Shown: positions 31,868 through 51,725 of the stretch, piece by piece | Numbering within the stretch: the stretch's first letter is position 1 | Layout of the letters: each line of letters starts with the position of its first letter | Source of the DNA: the human T2T-CHM13v2.0 reference genome, Homo sapiens | Assembly (NCBI RefSeq): GCF_009914755.1 | Contig: NC_060933.1 | DNA length: 64,000 nt | Reading direction: 5' to 3' (one strand) | The notes under the pieces: generated by a model | What the model was told of the DNA's origin: nothing | Databases searched by the model: none | Seen by the model: the letters and a program-made list of their open reading frames with translations, nothing else | Position numbers and translations under genes: made by a program

Positions 31868-33330
31868 GTAAGGCAGCTGCGTGTTGTTCTCACCTTCTCT
31901 CTGCTGAGAGGAGTCCTCTCGTCCATGCTGAGAAACCAGTTATTCTTCTCCACGATCCTGCTCAGACACCTTCAATGGCTCCAAGGTGGCCAAGGTGGCC
32001 TCCTGGCCTGCACATTCCCCACATTAGCCCCCAAGGCTGAGTAGGCCCAGCCCCCTCACCCAAGTCCCAAGATTGGCCTCAAAGCCCTTATGATGTCCCC
32101 CACCTGGTGTCCAAGGCCCCTTCCATCAGTGAGATCTCCCCACCCAGGCTTAGCAGGACAGGGTGTGCTCTCTGCTCTGTATAGTGCAGACAGGCAGGCC
32201 ACAGAGTTCAGGCCAAAGAGGGGACCCTGGCACACTGAAAGCACCTGTGGAGTGTGCCAGCCTCCCACCACCACATTCCATCTGATTGTCTAAACACCAA
32301 GTTGTCCCCGAATCCTGATTCCACCTTGGCCCTTGGCCTAATGCCCCCAGTGACCCAGAAGGCAGTGGTACTGGCATCCTTGAGACTCTTGAGATTGCCC
32401 CTTCATGTAGTGGAATGAGGAGGCTCGGAGCCACCTTCCCATCCACAGCCTCAGCATCGTCCCCGTCAGTCCATCAGAATCCAGCCCCGCTTATTCAGTG
32501 CCAAAGAGCCAAATAGTTTACATACATTATTTCAATTAGCCCTATGTGAGAGAAACGCCACTATTATAATTTTTACAGATGAGGAAACTGAGACTCAGAG
32601 AGTGGAAATACCTCAATTAAGGTTATACAGCTAATCAGTGGCAAAATTCAGGTTTCTAGGGTTCGGGCCTTCACGGTTGCACCGCACAACCTTTCTCAGC
32701 CTATCCCTGTCTCAGGCACTAATGCCAGTCCTGACTGAGTTCTCACCTTGACCTCAGGCCTGTCCTAAAACCCTTTCAGACAGCCTCAATTAAGCCCCAA
32801 GCTCTGCCCCATTTCTTCAGCCTTCGCACACTTTGCAGCCTTTCTGACATGGGCCTGATAGATCATGCAGGCCAGGGAGAGTTCAGGAGCCCCCAGGGAG
32901 AGAGGGGCCTCCTGGGAATGATGGGTGGTTCCGTATCCTGGGGTCTTCAATGGGACCAGCAGAAGTTCTGATTAGTGCCTCTGAAGAGGGTGTGAACAAG
33001 TCCCCAGGAGCTTGAGGGCACAAACTCACTCCACACACATAGACATAAACACAGGCATACGCTTGAATGCCTGCACACCGGGGGCTCCAGAGACACAGGT
33101 ACACATATGTACACATCCAGCCATAGGCACACACGTGGTCATGCACACGCACATACAAGCAAACACACCAAGGGGCTCTGAGTGGTTGGTTTCATCTTCA
33201 CTGGACCCACACTGGGGGCCTTCTTGACTCTGATACCTCACTGGGGCCCCACTGGTTCCGAGCAGAACCCCTGTATCCCTCCCCACTGCCTCTGAATCCC
33301 TGAGTCCTCTCCCTCCCTTCTCTTCCACAG

Positions 33331-33443
33331 CCCATCTGTGAACACATGGTAGAGTCTCCAACCTGTTCCCAGATGTCCAACCTGGTCTGCGGCACTGATG
33401 GGCTCACATATACGAATGAATGCCAGCTCTGCTTGGCCCGGAT
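33331..33443 (+). CDS. SPINK4: SPINK4 coding exon 3 (Kazal domain, [37 protein letters not shown])
   Basis: Kazal signature VCGTDG.TY.NEC.LC, ccacag acceptor, gtaagt donor. Confidence 0.98.
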
Positions 33444-33875
33444 GTAAGTCTGCCCCACAACCCCTGCTTGCTTGGGTGGGCCCCATCTCTGGTGCACAGT
33501 CTGAAAGGAGCAAGACTTGACCTGCTTCTTCCTTCATACACGCTTGACCTGAGAAGAGTCCTCCAACATATGCCCCTAATAGAATGAGTGCCAGATTAAC
33601 TCAAAGAAGGCACATGGTTCCAAGCAGAAATCTAGAAGCTGGTGGTGGATAGGGAGTAGGGGCAGAAACCATTTTCCTTGTTCTGCCTTGATTGACTAGG
33701 TGACCTCATCTGTTTTTTCATTCGTCTAGCCAGCAATTATTTATTGAGCATTTACTATGTGCTAGGCACTGGGGCTAGAACAGAGCCTAAGTTAGACAGC
33801 ATCACTGGCCTTCTGGAACATACAATTGGTGTAAGGGGGAAGCCAGGCTGATAGTCAGCCAATTGCAGCACAGAA

Positions 33876-34236
<361 letters not shown>

Positions 34237-35142
34237 TAGCTAGGAAAAAGGAGCAAGGGAAGATAATTCCAAGTAGATGAATTTGAAAAGGTCTACAAGG
34301 AAAAGTTTACATTTGAGGAAATATAAGAAGTTGGACATGTTGGAGTATAAGGTTTAAGGGAGAATCAGGGAGAGGCAAGAAGTGAGTCCAGAAAGATGAG
34401 CAGGGCTAGAACATGACCTCCCTACATCAGATCACCTATTGGCTCTTAGTTTCTTCATCAATAAAACCCATCTTCTATGATCCTGAGAACTAAATGAGAC
34501 CATGGAAGTGAAGAAAGTCCTCGGAAGCTGCAAAGCTCTGGATAGATGTGAAAGTTTGTATTTGAGGAAATATAAGGAACATCAGGATGTTGTCCTAGCT
34601 TAGAGAAAGATCATGCTAATCAAAGACTCATGGTTAGGAGGTACATTGGGAGTGGAATTGACAGGCTTGGTATGTGACTGTATGTAAAGGCTGAGGGGAA
34701 GGAGGCAGCATACTGGTTTCTGATTTGTGGGCTTGGGTGGCCAGTGGTTTCATGGGCTGAGATGGGTGGTTTGGGGGTCTGTACCAGTTCTGTGGGGGGC
34801 AGTGATGTTTGTGGACAGTTGAGCCCCTAGGACATCCCACTGGATATGGACAACTGCATGAACAGGTAGGACATAGGTCCGAGCTGGAGACAGATTTGGC
34901 AGCCATCAGCGTGCGCTGGTGGTGGAAACCCCAGGAAGCTAAAATCCCCCAGGGGAAGGGTGTACAAAAAAGGAAAAGCTGTAGAAGGATGTGCCCATGG
35001 ACCCTTGGGATCTGCCCTGTATCCATACACTGCATATGTGGGCGACGCTCAGCAGGATGTCTGGATGGACTGTGCCAGGTCCCTGAATGGTACACTACAG
35101 CTCCTGAGAAGGTAGCCTCATGCCTGTCTTCTTTGATCCTAG

Positions 35143-35188
35143 AAAAACCAAACAGGACATCCAGATCATGAAAGATGGCAAATGCTGA
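35143..35188 (+). CDS. SPINK4: SPINK4 coding exon 4 (IKTKQDIQIMKDGKC*)
   Basis: cctag acceptor, terminal Kazal cysteine, TGA at 35186-35188. Confidence 0.97.
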
Positions 35189-35261
35189 TCCCACAGGAGC
35201 ACCTCAAGCCATGAAGTGTCAGCTGGAGAACAGTGGTGGGCATGGAGAGGATATGACATGA

Positions 35262-35267
35262 AATAAA
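35262..35267 (+). terminator. SPINK4: SPINK4 polyadenylation signal AATAAA
   Basis: Canonical hexamer about 75 nt after the stop, followed by GT-rich sequence. Confidence 0.85.
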
Positions 35268-35599
35268 AGATCCAGCCCAACTGAGTGAAGTGGTCAGTGT
35301 CTCTGGGGACACTGGTTGCAGAGGGGATAGGAGGTGGATCTTGCATTGTCGCCTCTACTCTGAATTTGATGTCCAGCTTCTCTCCGTCCCTCTGGTGCTC
35401 CTCAACCCTGTCACATGTCCCCTCAGAGGTCCCAGTTATCTTCTGCCTGCCTGAGAGGCCAGTCCCTGACCCCAGGATGCTGCCTAGTACTCCTGTCTGC
35501 CCCAGCCTGGACTATCATTCAGGCCAAGAACCTAGGTGAGGTCTGTATCCTCTGCCACTGCTGGGGTGCACGGCCCAGCCTCAGAAAGCCTCTGTGAAA

Positions 35600-35888
35600 T
35601 CAGGAACAGTAGCTCATACCTATAATCCCAGCACTTTGGGAGGCTGAGGGTGGCAGGATTGCTTCAGGCCAGCCTGGGCAACATAGCAAGACTGTCTTTA
35701 CAATTTTTTTTTTTTTTAATTAGCCAGGCTTGGTGGCATGCACCTGTAGTCCCAGCTATTCAGGAGGCTGAGGTGGGAGGGGATTGCTTGAGCCCAGGAA
35801 GTCGAGGCTGCAGTGACCCATGATCGCATCACTGCACTCCAGCCTGAGTGACAAAGTGAAACCCTGCCTCAAAAAAGAAAAAAAAAAG
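35600..35888 (+). mobile_element. AluJ-like
   Basis: Alu consensus. Confidence 0.88.
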
Positions 35889-36704
35889 CTTTGTGAGAGT
35901 CATCCTGTGCCCCCCATGGCTTCCTCCTGGGTTGTGCCAGCACTCCAAGGCATGTACACACAGACACGTGGCACAGCAATGGCTGATATTCAGGCAGTGT
36001 ACACAGTACAGCTGAACTGCTTGTTGTAACATTGAACTAGGTTTTTCACAATCGAAAACAGGTGATGCCCCAAGCCCTTTGAGTGCCCCCCCATACCCTA
36101 GCCACCCAGATTGTCCCCTGGAAACACCTGGGTCTCTCGGTTTCCACAGTCTGGGGTTAATTCCTGGCACTGTGGGATGATTTCGAGATGCTGCTCTGCT
36201 CTTTTGGTCAACATCTGCTCTGACTGGTTGTCAAATATTCTGACATTAGACACAGCCCCAGGCACGTCCTGCACACATGCACTCACACAATGTCCCACAG
36301 GGACACACAGTGTTCAGAATTGTCACCATAGACAGAGACTCCCTCCTGTGGTATATGTTGAATACCTCCTCTTTTGGCCAAAGCCCCTAGGCAGAGCCTC
36401 TTGATAATGGTGGCAGGAGAAAGGGGTATGGAGAGAGGCCTGGGCAGGTGAAAGCAGTTTCACACAGACTCTGATTCCTGCTGCAGAGTGGGCAGAAAGG
36501 GCAGGAAATGCTCTGTAGAAGACACATGTCTGAGAGAATGGGCACAGGAAGGCAGGAAGCTACTTTCTCTTGGACCACTGGAATGGGAACACTGAGCAGG
36601 AATTGTTGCTGATAGATTTGCAGGTGGCAGGCCTAGGAGGCCATCTATGAATAAGGCCTTCTACTGGGACTGATTCATACCTGTTTCATACCTGCATATG
36701 AATG

Positions 36705-37130
36705 ATGTAGGATTAAGTTTGGCTGTGAGAGGCAGAAAACCCAAAATAACAGTGACTTATAGCCAGAACTTCATTTCTCCTACACATAGACCTATGTAGT
36801 ATGACAACTCCATGCTCCTCTATTTTGTTACTCTGCCATCCGCATCACAGTTTCTACCTCAGGTCCAAGACAGCTACTCCAACCACAGCCATCACATCTG
36901 CATTCTAGGCCACAGAGAGAAAGGGCACGCCACTTGCCTCTGAAGACATTTCCCTTAAGACATACACACTCTGTATAAACCACATTAGCTAAAATGTAGT
37001 CTCATGGCCTTCTGAGCAGGGAGACTGAGAAATACAGTCTATCTGGTTGGCCATGCATTAAACTAAAAATTAGTTCACTTTTTGTAGGAGGAGAAAGTGG
37101 ATATTGGTGACATCTAAAAGTTTCTGCCCT
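36705..37130. mobile_element. Old MLT1-like LTR
   Basis: ggattaagtttggctgtga...aacccaaaataacagtgactta...gccatcacatctgcattctagg. Confidence 0.55.
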
Positions 37131-37694
37131 AAGTGGGACACCCCTCTTATACCCAAGTGGCATAGCCCAGCCAAGCATCTCATCAGTGACCCTTCCTTCC
37201 CAGGCTTCTACTCATCATCTGAGGAATCAGAGATTAAGCCTGAACAATGTGCCAGGCACCACCTGGAAGGAATACCTAATTTACCACTTACAGATGTGGA
37301 CTCTGTGGCCCCCTCTCTGGGAACTACCCCAAAACCTAAGTGTTGGCCCCTAAAGACCTTATGTGTGGCATGAGACCCTGCTGCCCTGGCCATTGCTGAT
37401 TAGCCAAAAGATTCTTCCCCAGGATCTTTCAAATTAGAAACAAGCAAACAGAGGCAGTTCCCCTCTGGCACTGAAGCTGTAGGATGAGCAACACAGGGGT
37501 TGTCAGCAGTCACATGTCCTGCTTTGTGGAAGAAGGAGGAATGAGAGGATGATGCAGGCATGCAGAGGCAGAGTGATTACAGGCAGTGTTTGAGTTCCTG
37601 AAGCCCGGCTGCCTTTGACCTTCCCAAAATTACATGGGATAACTTGATATCATGACCATAAAGTTTCTATTTTGCCCAGTCTCTTTGGAATTAG

Positions 37695-38906
<1,212 letters not shown>

Positions 38907-39136
38907 TCACAGGCAGAAACCCCTTGGGTGAGCAGATCTGCGTGGGTGGGGCCTGTGCAATCACCTATCACATCTGCCCAGCAGTCCATGCATTAGGGCC
39001 TCTTTTCTCAACCCTTAAGACAATAAAGGCTGTTAAGGCTGTAAATTCCAATGCTGACGGAGATTCTGAGGCCAAATGCAGCTATAGAAGTTTCACTATT
39101 GATGTGTGCATTCAACATTCATTTGTTCTCCAAATA

Positions 39137-39142
39137 TTTATT
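39137..39142 (-). terminator. BAG1: Candidate distal BAG1 polyA signal AATAAA inside an L2 3' end
   Basis: The minus strand reads ctcAATAAAtatttggagaacaaatgaatg, about 2.7 kb after the stop. Confidence 0.6.
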
Positions 39143-39152
39143 GAGGTCTTAC

Positions 39153-39260
39153 TATATACAAGACTATATAACAAGTTATGCTTGTTATATATGTTATATA
39201 TGTTATGTTATATATATATATGTTATATATGTAATATAACTATATTACAAGTTATGCTTG
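39153..39260. repeat. TA-rich low-complexity tract with 14-bp direct repeats ACAAGTTATGCTTG at 39171 and 39247
   Basis: Read directly. Confidence 0.8.
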
Positions 39261-40467
39261 AAATAATGCTGTTACCAAGATAAAGAAGCTCCTTCACCCA
39301 AGGAACCCTGGTGTTAAAGGCAAAGATTAACCAAATAATCCCACAAGTAAACTATCATGGACTATGTAAATGCTGTGAAAGAAATGTATGGGAAGTCGAG
39401 AGAGGATCCCACCTGGGGGCTGGACAGGGTCTCAACACAGTAGGTGAGGGTTCTCCATGCAAGAGACATGTGAGTTGAATTCTGAAGGATGAACAAAAGT
39501 CACCTATACAAGGGTAGGGTTGGAGGAAGGAAGGTGAGGAGCTGTTCAAGCAGAGGTAGTAGCAGGAGCAAAGACCCCCAGGCAGGAGAGGGTGCAGTGC
39601 ATCTGAGGACCTGAAAGAAGAGTGGCTGACAGCAGACAGCCAACAAATGAGGGGGTTGAGATGAGATGGGAGAAGGCATGGGGTAAAGACTTTTGCCTAA
39701 AGAGAAAGTGAGCCATTGGAGGGTTCTAAGCAGGGGACTGACATGGCAAGATTTGCACTTCATGATCACTCGGGCTGCTCTAAAGAAAATGAACTAGAGC
39801 AGAGAGGAAGTGGGAGCTAGAGGGAGAGGCAGAGGACAAGAGGAAAAAAATCAGAGAATGGGCCTGTGCAACCCTGTGTTGGTTGAGAGGCAGTACAGTA
39901 GAGGGGAAAAGCACTGGCTCTGAAACCAAACCACCCAGCTTTGTGTCTTGGCTTTGCCGCTTACTCTACAACCTTGCGCTAATGACCTAAGTTCTCTTGG
40001 TTTCCTCATCTCTAAAATAAGGATATCTGTCTACCTCTCAAGTTATGTAAGAATTAAATGACTAATATATATGAATAGTTTAGAATGGTGTTCGGCAGTT
40101 TGGTGCACAGTAACTTCTCATTAAATGTTGTGGCCCACGCCACACAGCTATCACACAAAAATAGATCAATAGTGAACCACTCTGATTAAAGTTGGGGTGC
40201 GGTGGGCTGGGACCCGAGCCTTGTCCACAAGTCTACCTCTACTACCTTGTCTGAGGTCTTAACCTGCCCAGTCCTGAATTCCTGGGACTTCAACGACTCT
40301 CTCTCTGCCAAATGATGTGAGTCTTTAGGTAGAGTTATAGCGCAAAGGGCTACTATCAATGTTATTAAGCATAAATTATGACTAGAGCCACAGAATGATT
40401 TCCTCATTAATCCAAAAAAAAAAAAAAAAGCAAACCACTCTTCTACTTTATGATGAGCACATAAACA

Positions 40468-40937
<470 letters not shown>

Positions 40938-41693
40938 TAATTTTTTAAAAACAATGATGGGGTGGGGGTGGGGGACAGTCCACAAAATGGATAGAACAGC
41001 TGTGAAGGAAACATAGAACTCAGAAGGATATGGTTAACAAAAATGCCTTTGAAGGAAGCACATGTCACTCCTGAGAAGTTTATGGTTGGCTTCACCACCT
41101 GCCTGCTTTACTCATTCTGGTGCCTTCTCTTTGCCCTTCCTAATCCATGGCTCTGGCCTGGTTTCAAGCACAGACTCAGTCAACACTGGGTTCTAACCTT
41201 CTGAAGACTTGCTTGGGGACAAGGAAGCCTTGCATCAACCACAGGCTCCATCCAAGGAACGGCCCCCTGGTATCTCATGGCCTGTGGCTAGTCAGGGTCA
41301 CTGGGAGGTGAGGACAAAGTCTAGAACCCAACAACCCAGCCAGATGCTCTGGAATTAGGTCACAATGAGGGATAAGTGGTCTACTTATGTGCCAAACACC
41401 TTGTTCTAGGCCATTCCCAATATTCCTGACTAGGTGCAACCTCCTGGTGATTCTGGTTTTACAGCTATGGGACTACACGATCACAAGAGCAAAGAAGCCC
41501 TCATGTATCTGAAGACTGAGGGGGCCTATAAACCTGAAACTGGCCCAAGGCAAATTAGAGCTCTCACCAGCCCAAAGAAAGCACCCAGAGGTCCAAACAG
41601 CTGGGAAAATTTGGGCAGAGGTGGCCCTCTCCAGAAAAGGTGGATTGCTGGACAGTACAACCACAGAGACAGAAGGAGAAAACAGATAGGAGC

Positions 41694-41699
41694 TTTACT
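41694..41699 (-). terminator. BAG1: Candidate proximal BAG1 polyA signal (variant AGTAAA; AATGAA about 25 nt upstream)
   Basis: Variant hexamers about 170 nt after the stop, followed by U/GU-rich sequence on the sense strand. Confidence 0.5.
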
Positions 41700-41869
41700 C
41701 AAAATCACAAAGACACTATTTTTCATTGAGAACCAGTGTGAGAGTAGGAAAATTGGCAAATGGCCAGTTGCCCCCAGCAGCCCTGAAGAAATCAGGTAAA
41801 TTCCGCTCCAGAGACGGCAGAGCTGGTGGCGCCATTCTTCAGGGCAGCACAGCCTTTTTCTGCTACACC

Positions 41870-41959
41870 TCACTCGGCCAGGGCAAAGTTTGTAGACTGC
41901 AGCCGCTCAGTCTCCTGGCAGATGTTCTGCTCCACTGTGTCACACTCGGCTAGGAATGC
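41870..41959 (-). CDS. BAG1: BAG1 coding exon 7 (AFLAECDTVEQNICQETERLQSTNFALAE*)
   Basis: ctag acceptor and TGA at 41872-41870. Confidence 0.97.
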   Translation of the reverse strand, partial: AFLAECDTVEQNICQETERLQSTNFALAE

Positions 41960-42515
41960 CTAGAAAATACACACGGGGCAGTAAGGGCCCATCCAGGGGT
42001 AGCCGACCACTGCCCACACAAGGCTCCTTGCTTACCCATTCTGGGGAACCCATGGCTGAGACTCAAAACAGATTGTGCATGAATGGAGATGGGCCACTGG
42101 CCTGGGTTCCAAGGTAAGGGGAGGGAGGGAGCATAGGACCAGCATTCTGACCATGCTCTAGGCCAGCAATCCCCTAAAAGGTGGTAAAGGCAGGGAGCTT
42201 TGCCTCAGGGCCACTGCACAGCAACTGCACAATCGCAGGAAGCACTGTGTGCATGAATACTGCCTCCTGGAATTGTGTAATGTGTCAGCCCTACCTGCTC
42301 TCCAGTGAGTTCCCTCCCTAAATAGTTTAAATTCAAATATAATTACAGGGACACAGGTGGCTCTTCTCTGACGTTTGGGGTTCCTGCTGATAAATATAAC
42401 CAAAACAAGCCCATACCACACACCACGCTCCTACACTACCTGATTTTGAACAGATAAACACACATACCTACACATTAACATATTACACCTTGTCGTGCAC
42501 TATTACACAACTCAC

Positions 42516-42578
42516 CTGAACCTTTTTTACCAAGCCTTTCCTTTTCAATCTACTGTCTTTGAAATTTTCTGGCAGGAT
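42516..42578 (-). CDS. BAG1: BAG1 coding exon 6 (BAG domain)
   Basis: ILPENFKDSRLKRKGLVKKVQ with tag and gtgagt boundaries. Confidence 0.97.
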
Positions 42579-43424
42579 CTATGGAAGAGTAAGTTGATAA
42601 TACAAGTTAGTAAATAGTAAACATGTAACAAATAATCCTCAGTGAAAATGACATGAGAGCACATAAGAAACACCCACAGTACACAAAACAGGTCACAGGT
42701 CACCAATGTAAATGTGATATCCATTTTCAGGAACCCTTTCCCTGGGTCTGTATCCTGTATGGCCTTTCCATGGCTCTTGTCCCTATAAAAGCTCCCTGTG
42801 TTCTCAATGTCTGGGCCATAGGAACTGATCTTTAACACAGACTTTGTTCTTTTATTGTTTCCTATGTATGGATACTCTGCCCTGGCCACACCATGGGCTC
42901 ATTGTGACAGGAAAAGTGCCTGCTGCTGCTTCTTTACACCCACCCTGGCCAACAGAAGTACACAGTGCAGTTCACCTTCAAGAATGAAGCATCAGGCTAG
43001 AGATATCATTACTATCATCTGCAAAAGAGTTAATGATTTTCAATGGCCTCACATGACCTGGGTCTGGCTGAATCATCTATAAGTAATGAGCCCTGCAGAA
43101 TTATCAGTCACATATTCATCAGAGAAAGTTAAATCCTCTGTTTCCTGGACCATGAGATCGTGGACTCCTTGGGTCCCAGCTTCATGACGATTACAGATGC
43201 TACTGGCAAACATAAGTGTAAATGATAAAAGTCCTATGCTGGAGGGCTGTGAGTGCCTAGAAAGCAGGAACTGTCTTATCATCATGCATTCACCCAGGAC
43301 CTAGCAACATGACTGGCACACAATAGTAGATGCTTAATATTCTCAAGTGATGGGTTTGCTCAGGCAATAGGAGAGTAAATTACTGAAAGAGTGAATGTGA
43401 CTGAAATAAAGTCAAAGAAAACTA

Positions 43425-43577
<153 letters not shown>

Positions 43578-44572
43578 TTATTGCAAGGGTTCTCTGAGGC
43601 TGACGGAAGACTCCATGCCACAATACTAATGATGCAATCACACTGAGCCCACCATAGCCCTGGCAGGCCAGGCCACATCTCAGATCCACAACTTTAACTC
43701 TTGGAAAAATTAAAAAGGCTGGCCGTGGGCCAGTCCAAGAATTCTATCAGGTTGCAGTCTGCTCTACCTCGCATGACCCACTGTGGCTGCAAATGCCTCC
43801 TGAGGCTTGGCTCCAGTGAAGCCCCCAGTCACAAGAAGAGGCAGATGTTAAAAGCACAGGTTTAGAGTCTTCAAAGCCTACGCCTGAAAACTGACTGCCA
43901 TTTACTAACTTGTGATCTTGAGCAAATTATTTAGCCTATTCATGCCTCAGTACCCTCATTTTAAAAATGAAGATTATGATGCCCACACCCTAGATGGTTA
44001 CTGTGAGGTAAAGGGAATATATGTACATGTGTCACTAACTTGTGGCACAGACGCATGCTAAAGAATGGCAGCAGTGCTTATTTTTATCAAATTGTCTAAT
44101 GGTTCACTCACACAGCTTGGCCTAATGACCAGTTAGCTGGTGACAAGAGTTGGATAGCAGGGATCTCTGAGGATGTTTATCACAGCCACGAGCTACAGAC
44201 ACAGATTTCACAACACGTAGCAAGAGCTTTAAACATCACCCAGCAATTCCAACTCAAAGAATTTATTCTACCAAAAAAACCAGGAATGGTCAAAAAAGAT
44301 TTACGTCCAAGGACAGTCAAAGAAGCATTACACATAATGGTAAAAATAATATTAAATGAACAATACAGAGTTGGCTAGGTAAATAATACATTTATACAAG
44401 ATGAAATGCATGCGAGCTTTGAAAAATACCATCACAGGAAAATGTTTAATTTTTTATCCAATAAAAGAATAGTTTATAAAGTGTAAATAACATTATATCA
44501 AATTTTTTTAAGATGAAAAATATATTTCAGGCTTTGGTAATCGTCATCTCTGAGTTGGTGCCCCATGGGTAA

Positions 44573-46815
<2,243 letters not shown>

Positions 46816-47691
46816 CCTTGAGTTCACACTTCGCTCCATACGCTCTGTGTCAGCTCCAAGTAAAAGTCCTATAGTTTCTTCAAACTTGACTCTTTGGTTC
46901 TGCCTGTTGCCCATCACCATTCTCCCTGACCCTGAAGCAAGAAATTTAGAATATTTCCCTCTTCTCTCAGGTAAACAATTGATAGATAGGTCTAGCAGCT
47001 TTCTGCTTAGTTATGCTATCCCAAATTATTCATTTCTCTTTGTGGCAAGTCCTGAGTTCCAGTCTCCTGGCAGTTCCAAGTCTGGATTAGATTTTTTTTG
47101 CCTTCACTTTGTTTATCTGCCCTCTCTCTACTCAGCCACCTAACTCACAATAAGGGAACTTCATATGCTCATAATTCTGCTGTGTCACAATGCAGGGCTG
47201 GCCACAGCCCTCTCTCATCACCTTAAGGGTTGCTGACCTCATCTGTCTTTTTTTCCCCTCAGTTCTTTAGTCTGAACCTTTCTTTCCAGTCGAAGGTTTT
47301 CCCTTGTGGGAGATTTTAGTTAAAAGGTTGGTTAAAGGGAGAGAGGCTCCTGAACTGGAACAGAGTGATTATTCTTAATATCTACAAGTTTATTTTAACA
47401 AAAGACTCTTGCAAATTCTACTCCAAGTGAATGAGACCTGTCCCAGGCACCATTTTAACCAGACCAAGATTCCACCACCAAAACAAAAAACATATTATTA
47501 AGGCAGCACAACCGCTCCTAATTCCTAGAGCAAAAGTTCTAACCAACAGGAGCAGGAGGGTATGAGAACAACAAAACTGGTAATCCTGTAAAACCAATAA
47601 AGATTGTATTTGTTTAGAGAGGTGTTTTATCAATGCAGAATCTGGGTCCCCAGTTTGGTCTTCTAAACAGAAACATGTATAAAAGACTTCA

Positions 47692-47940
<249 letters not shown>

Positions 47941-48951
47941 TCATGACCCAGTAATTTCATTTCCAGATATTTATCCTAAACAAATAATTGGACATGCGAC
48001 TCCACAGTAACTACTATACGATAATATTCAGTGCAACCTTTTCATAATAGTGAGAAACTGGAAAGAGCCAAATATTCAGGAATCAGGGACCAACGAACCA
48101 CACTACAGAAGACTTTAAAGTCTTCAGTAGGCATTAAGGTCTACAGTAGCCATTAAAGCTCATTTTTTGCAGGAAACCCCAATACCACAATGAATGCTGA
48201 TGACACAGTGTTATTATGAGGGGTTTTATCCAGGGGAACATTTTCTTTTTCATGCATTCCTCTATTTTGAAACATGAATTTCTATTGTCTTTATAATTCA
48301 GAAATAAAATATTTTTAAAAATTAAAGACAATATGTTACACTATGAAATATAAATAAAAATGCCTCCTATTACTAAATTCTTTATAATGACTGACACCCA
48401 ATGGGGTAAGTCTTTCCCCAGTGGATACCAGAATGATAGATTCTCAGGGGGGTGGGAAGACAGAGGGCAGGGGCCAGGAGGGTGTGGGTCCTGGCAGAAA
48501 TGAGCATCATGCATCCACTGAGCCCGCCACATCCAGGCCTCAGGTAAGTTTGCTCAAAACCTCCTTTGAGTCAGAACAATGGGAGGCACTGGAAACACAG
48601 CAGTATCTCCACCCTCACGGAGGCTGTTATTTTAACAGAGAAATCAGATGTTAAGCAACTAAGAAAATGATTATTTAATAGTAATTTCATAGAAGTGATG
48701 CAAAAATAGCAGGGAGTACCATGGTAACATATAATGGGAAGATGATCTAACCTAGCGAGGGAAGACTGCCCATGAGCTTCATCGAAAATGGTGAGATTTC
48801 TGCCATCATCATAAGACTTCAAATCTGACACCTGTCCAGGTGTTTGAGAGTGTCCAATACCTAGCAGGTCCTCAATAAATATCTGTTGAAGAACTGAATG
48901 AATAAACAAATAAATAAAAATTGTCCCAGTTTGAAAACAGAGTGACTATTA

Positions 48952-49589
<638 letters not shown>

Positions 49590-50523
49590 CTACTCCACAG
49601 AGCCTGCCCCCATGCCACCCAGCTTTCCTCTGGTGACCTCCTCAAGTATCTCTGTTTCCTCTATTATAATAACTAACAATATGAATGATATCTGCTAACA
49701 TTTTAAGCATTTCATGCATAATCTAATTTAATCCTCAGATAAACCCCACGAAGTAGATCTACCTATTACTTCTTATTTCACAGATGAGCAAACTGTGACT
49801 TCAGGCAAGTTAAGGACTGCCTATGGAGACTCAACTGTTGGAATCAGAAGTTGATATCAGATCTAGCTGATTCCCAAGCCCACCTTTTTCATCACAAGCC
49901 ATCTGCTTCCTGTGGCTTGACTGCCCTGTACCCTGTATTGTATTGGTCTCGTCTCGCTTGCTGTAATGGGCAAGTGACTGTTTTCCTCCAAGTCTCTCCC
50001 ACTGAACACACTTGAGTGCATCCATGATTTGTGCTAAGTAAACAGACAAATGCATACGAACAGCAGAGCCTTTCTTTCTGAAGAAGAGACGCCAATTCTT
50101 TTCCAGGGATGCGGACAGCAAGGAGGGAGCCTGTGTACAGTACATTACACCAAGGTTTGGTTCCCCCAACAGCTCCGTGAGGTCAGCAGGAGCCAGGGTT
50201 ACCAAATCTACTTCACAGAGGAGAAACCGGATTCTTAGAAAGAAGCCGTCCATCCCAAGGTCACTCAAAACCGCAGGATCTAGAATCCAGGTCTCCAGAT
50301 TCCCAGACCCTTGGGCCTCCCCTAGCTGGTTCTAGAGAAACCTCATGGACTCAGCTCTCCGGTGTACTGACTTCATTTGGTGGTGTGTCAACTCCAACAG
50401 TAGGCAGACCCAAAGGGTGCCCAGAGTACAAGCTTGGACCCACGGCCAACTCAAGCGGCGCACACGGAGAAGGCACTCAGCACACGAGGAGCACCCCGGC
50501 ATGCACGAAGTTCTGACTTATCA

Positions 50524-51426
<903 letters not shown>

Positions 51427-51725
51427 CTATGCCGCGTTAGTTGCCTCCAGGCCCCACCCACTCAACTGAGGCCCCGCCTTGCTACAGTAAAACCCCTCCC
51501 ACTCCTTCTACCAACACCCCGCCCCCTGCAGGCTCTCTCCGAGAGCACCAAGTCCTTTTGCTCTCCATCCCCGGAAGACCCGGCTGAAAATCCGGAAAAA
51601 GAATCGGGAAACGCCAGGAGGCATATTGCGCTTGCGCACGGAGGGGCCGGAAGTCGAGGCGGGAGTGACTCTGCTTCCGTTTCTGGTTTTGCTCTAGTGT
51701 TTGGGTTTCTTCGCGGCTGCTCAAG

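Noticed and set aside
34634-35194. 186-aa ORF antisense to SPINK4 exon 4
   Set aside because: It is mostly L2-like intronic sequence and is consistent with a chance open frame.
48541-48549. Perfect donor CAG|GTAAGT antisense to BAG1 intron 2
   Set aside because: I found no convincing matching acceptor or promoter, and a single 9-mer can arise by chance in 64 kb.
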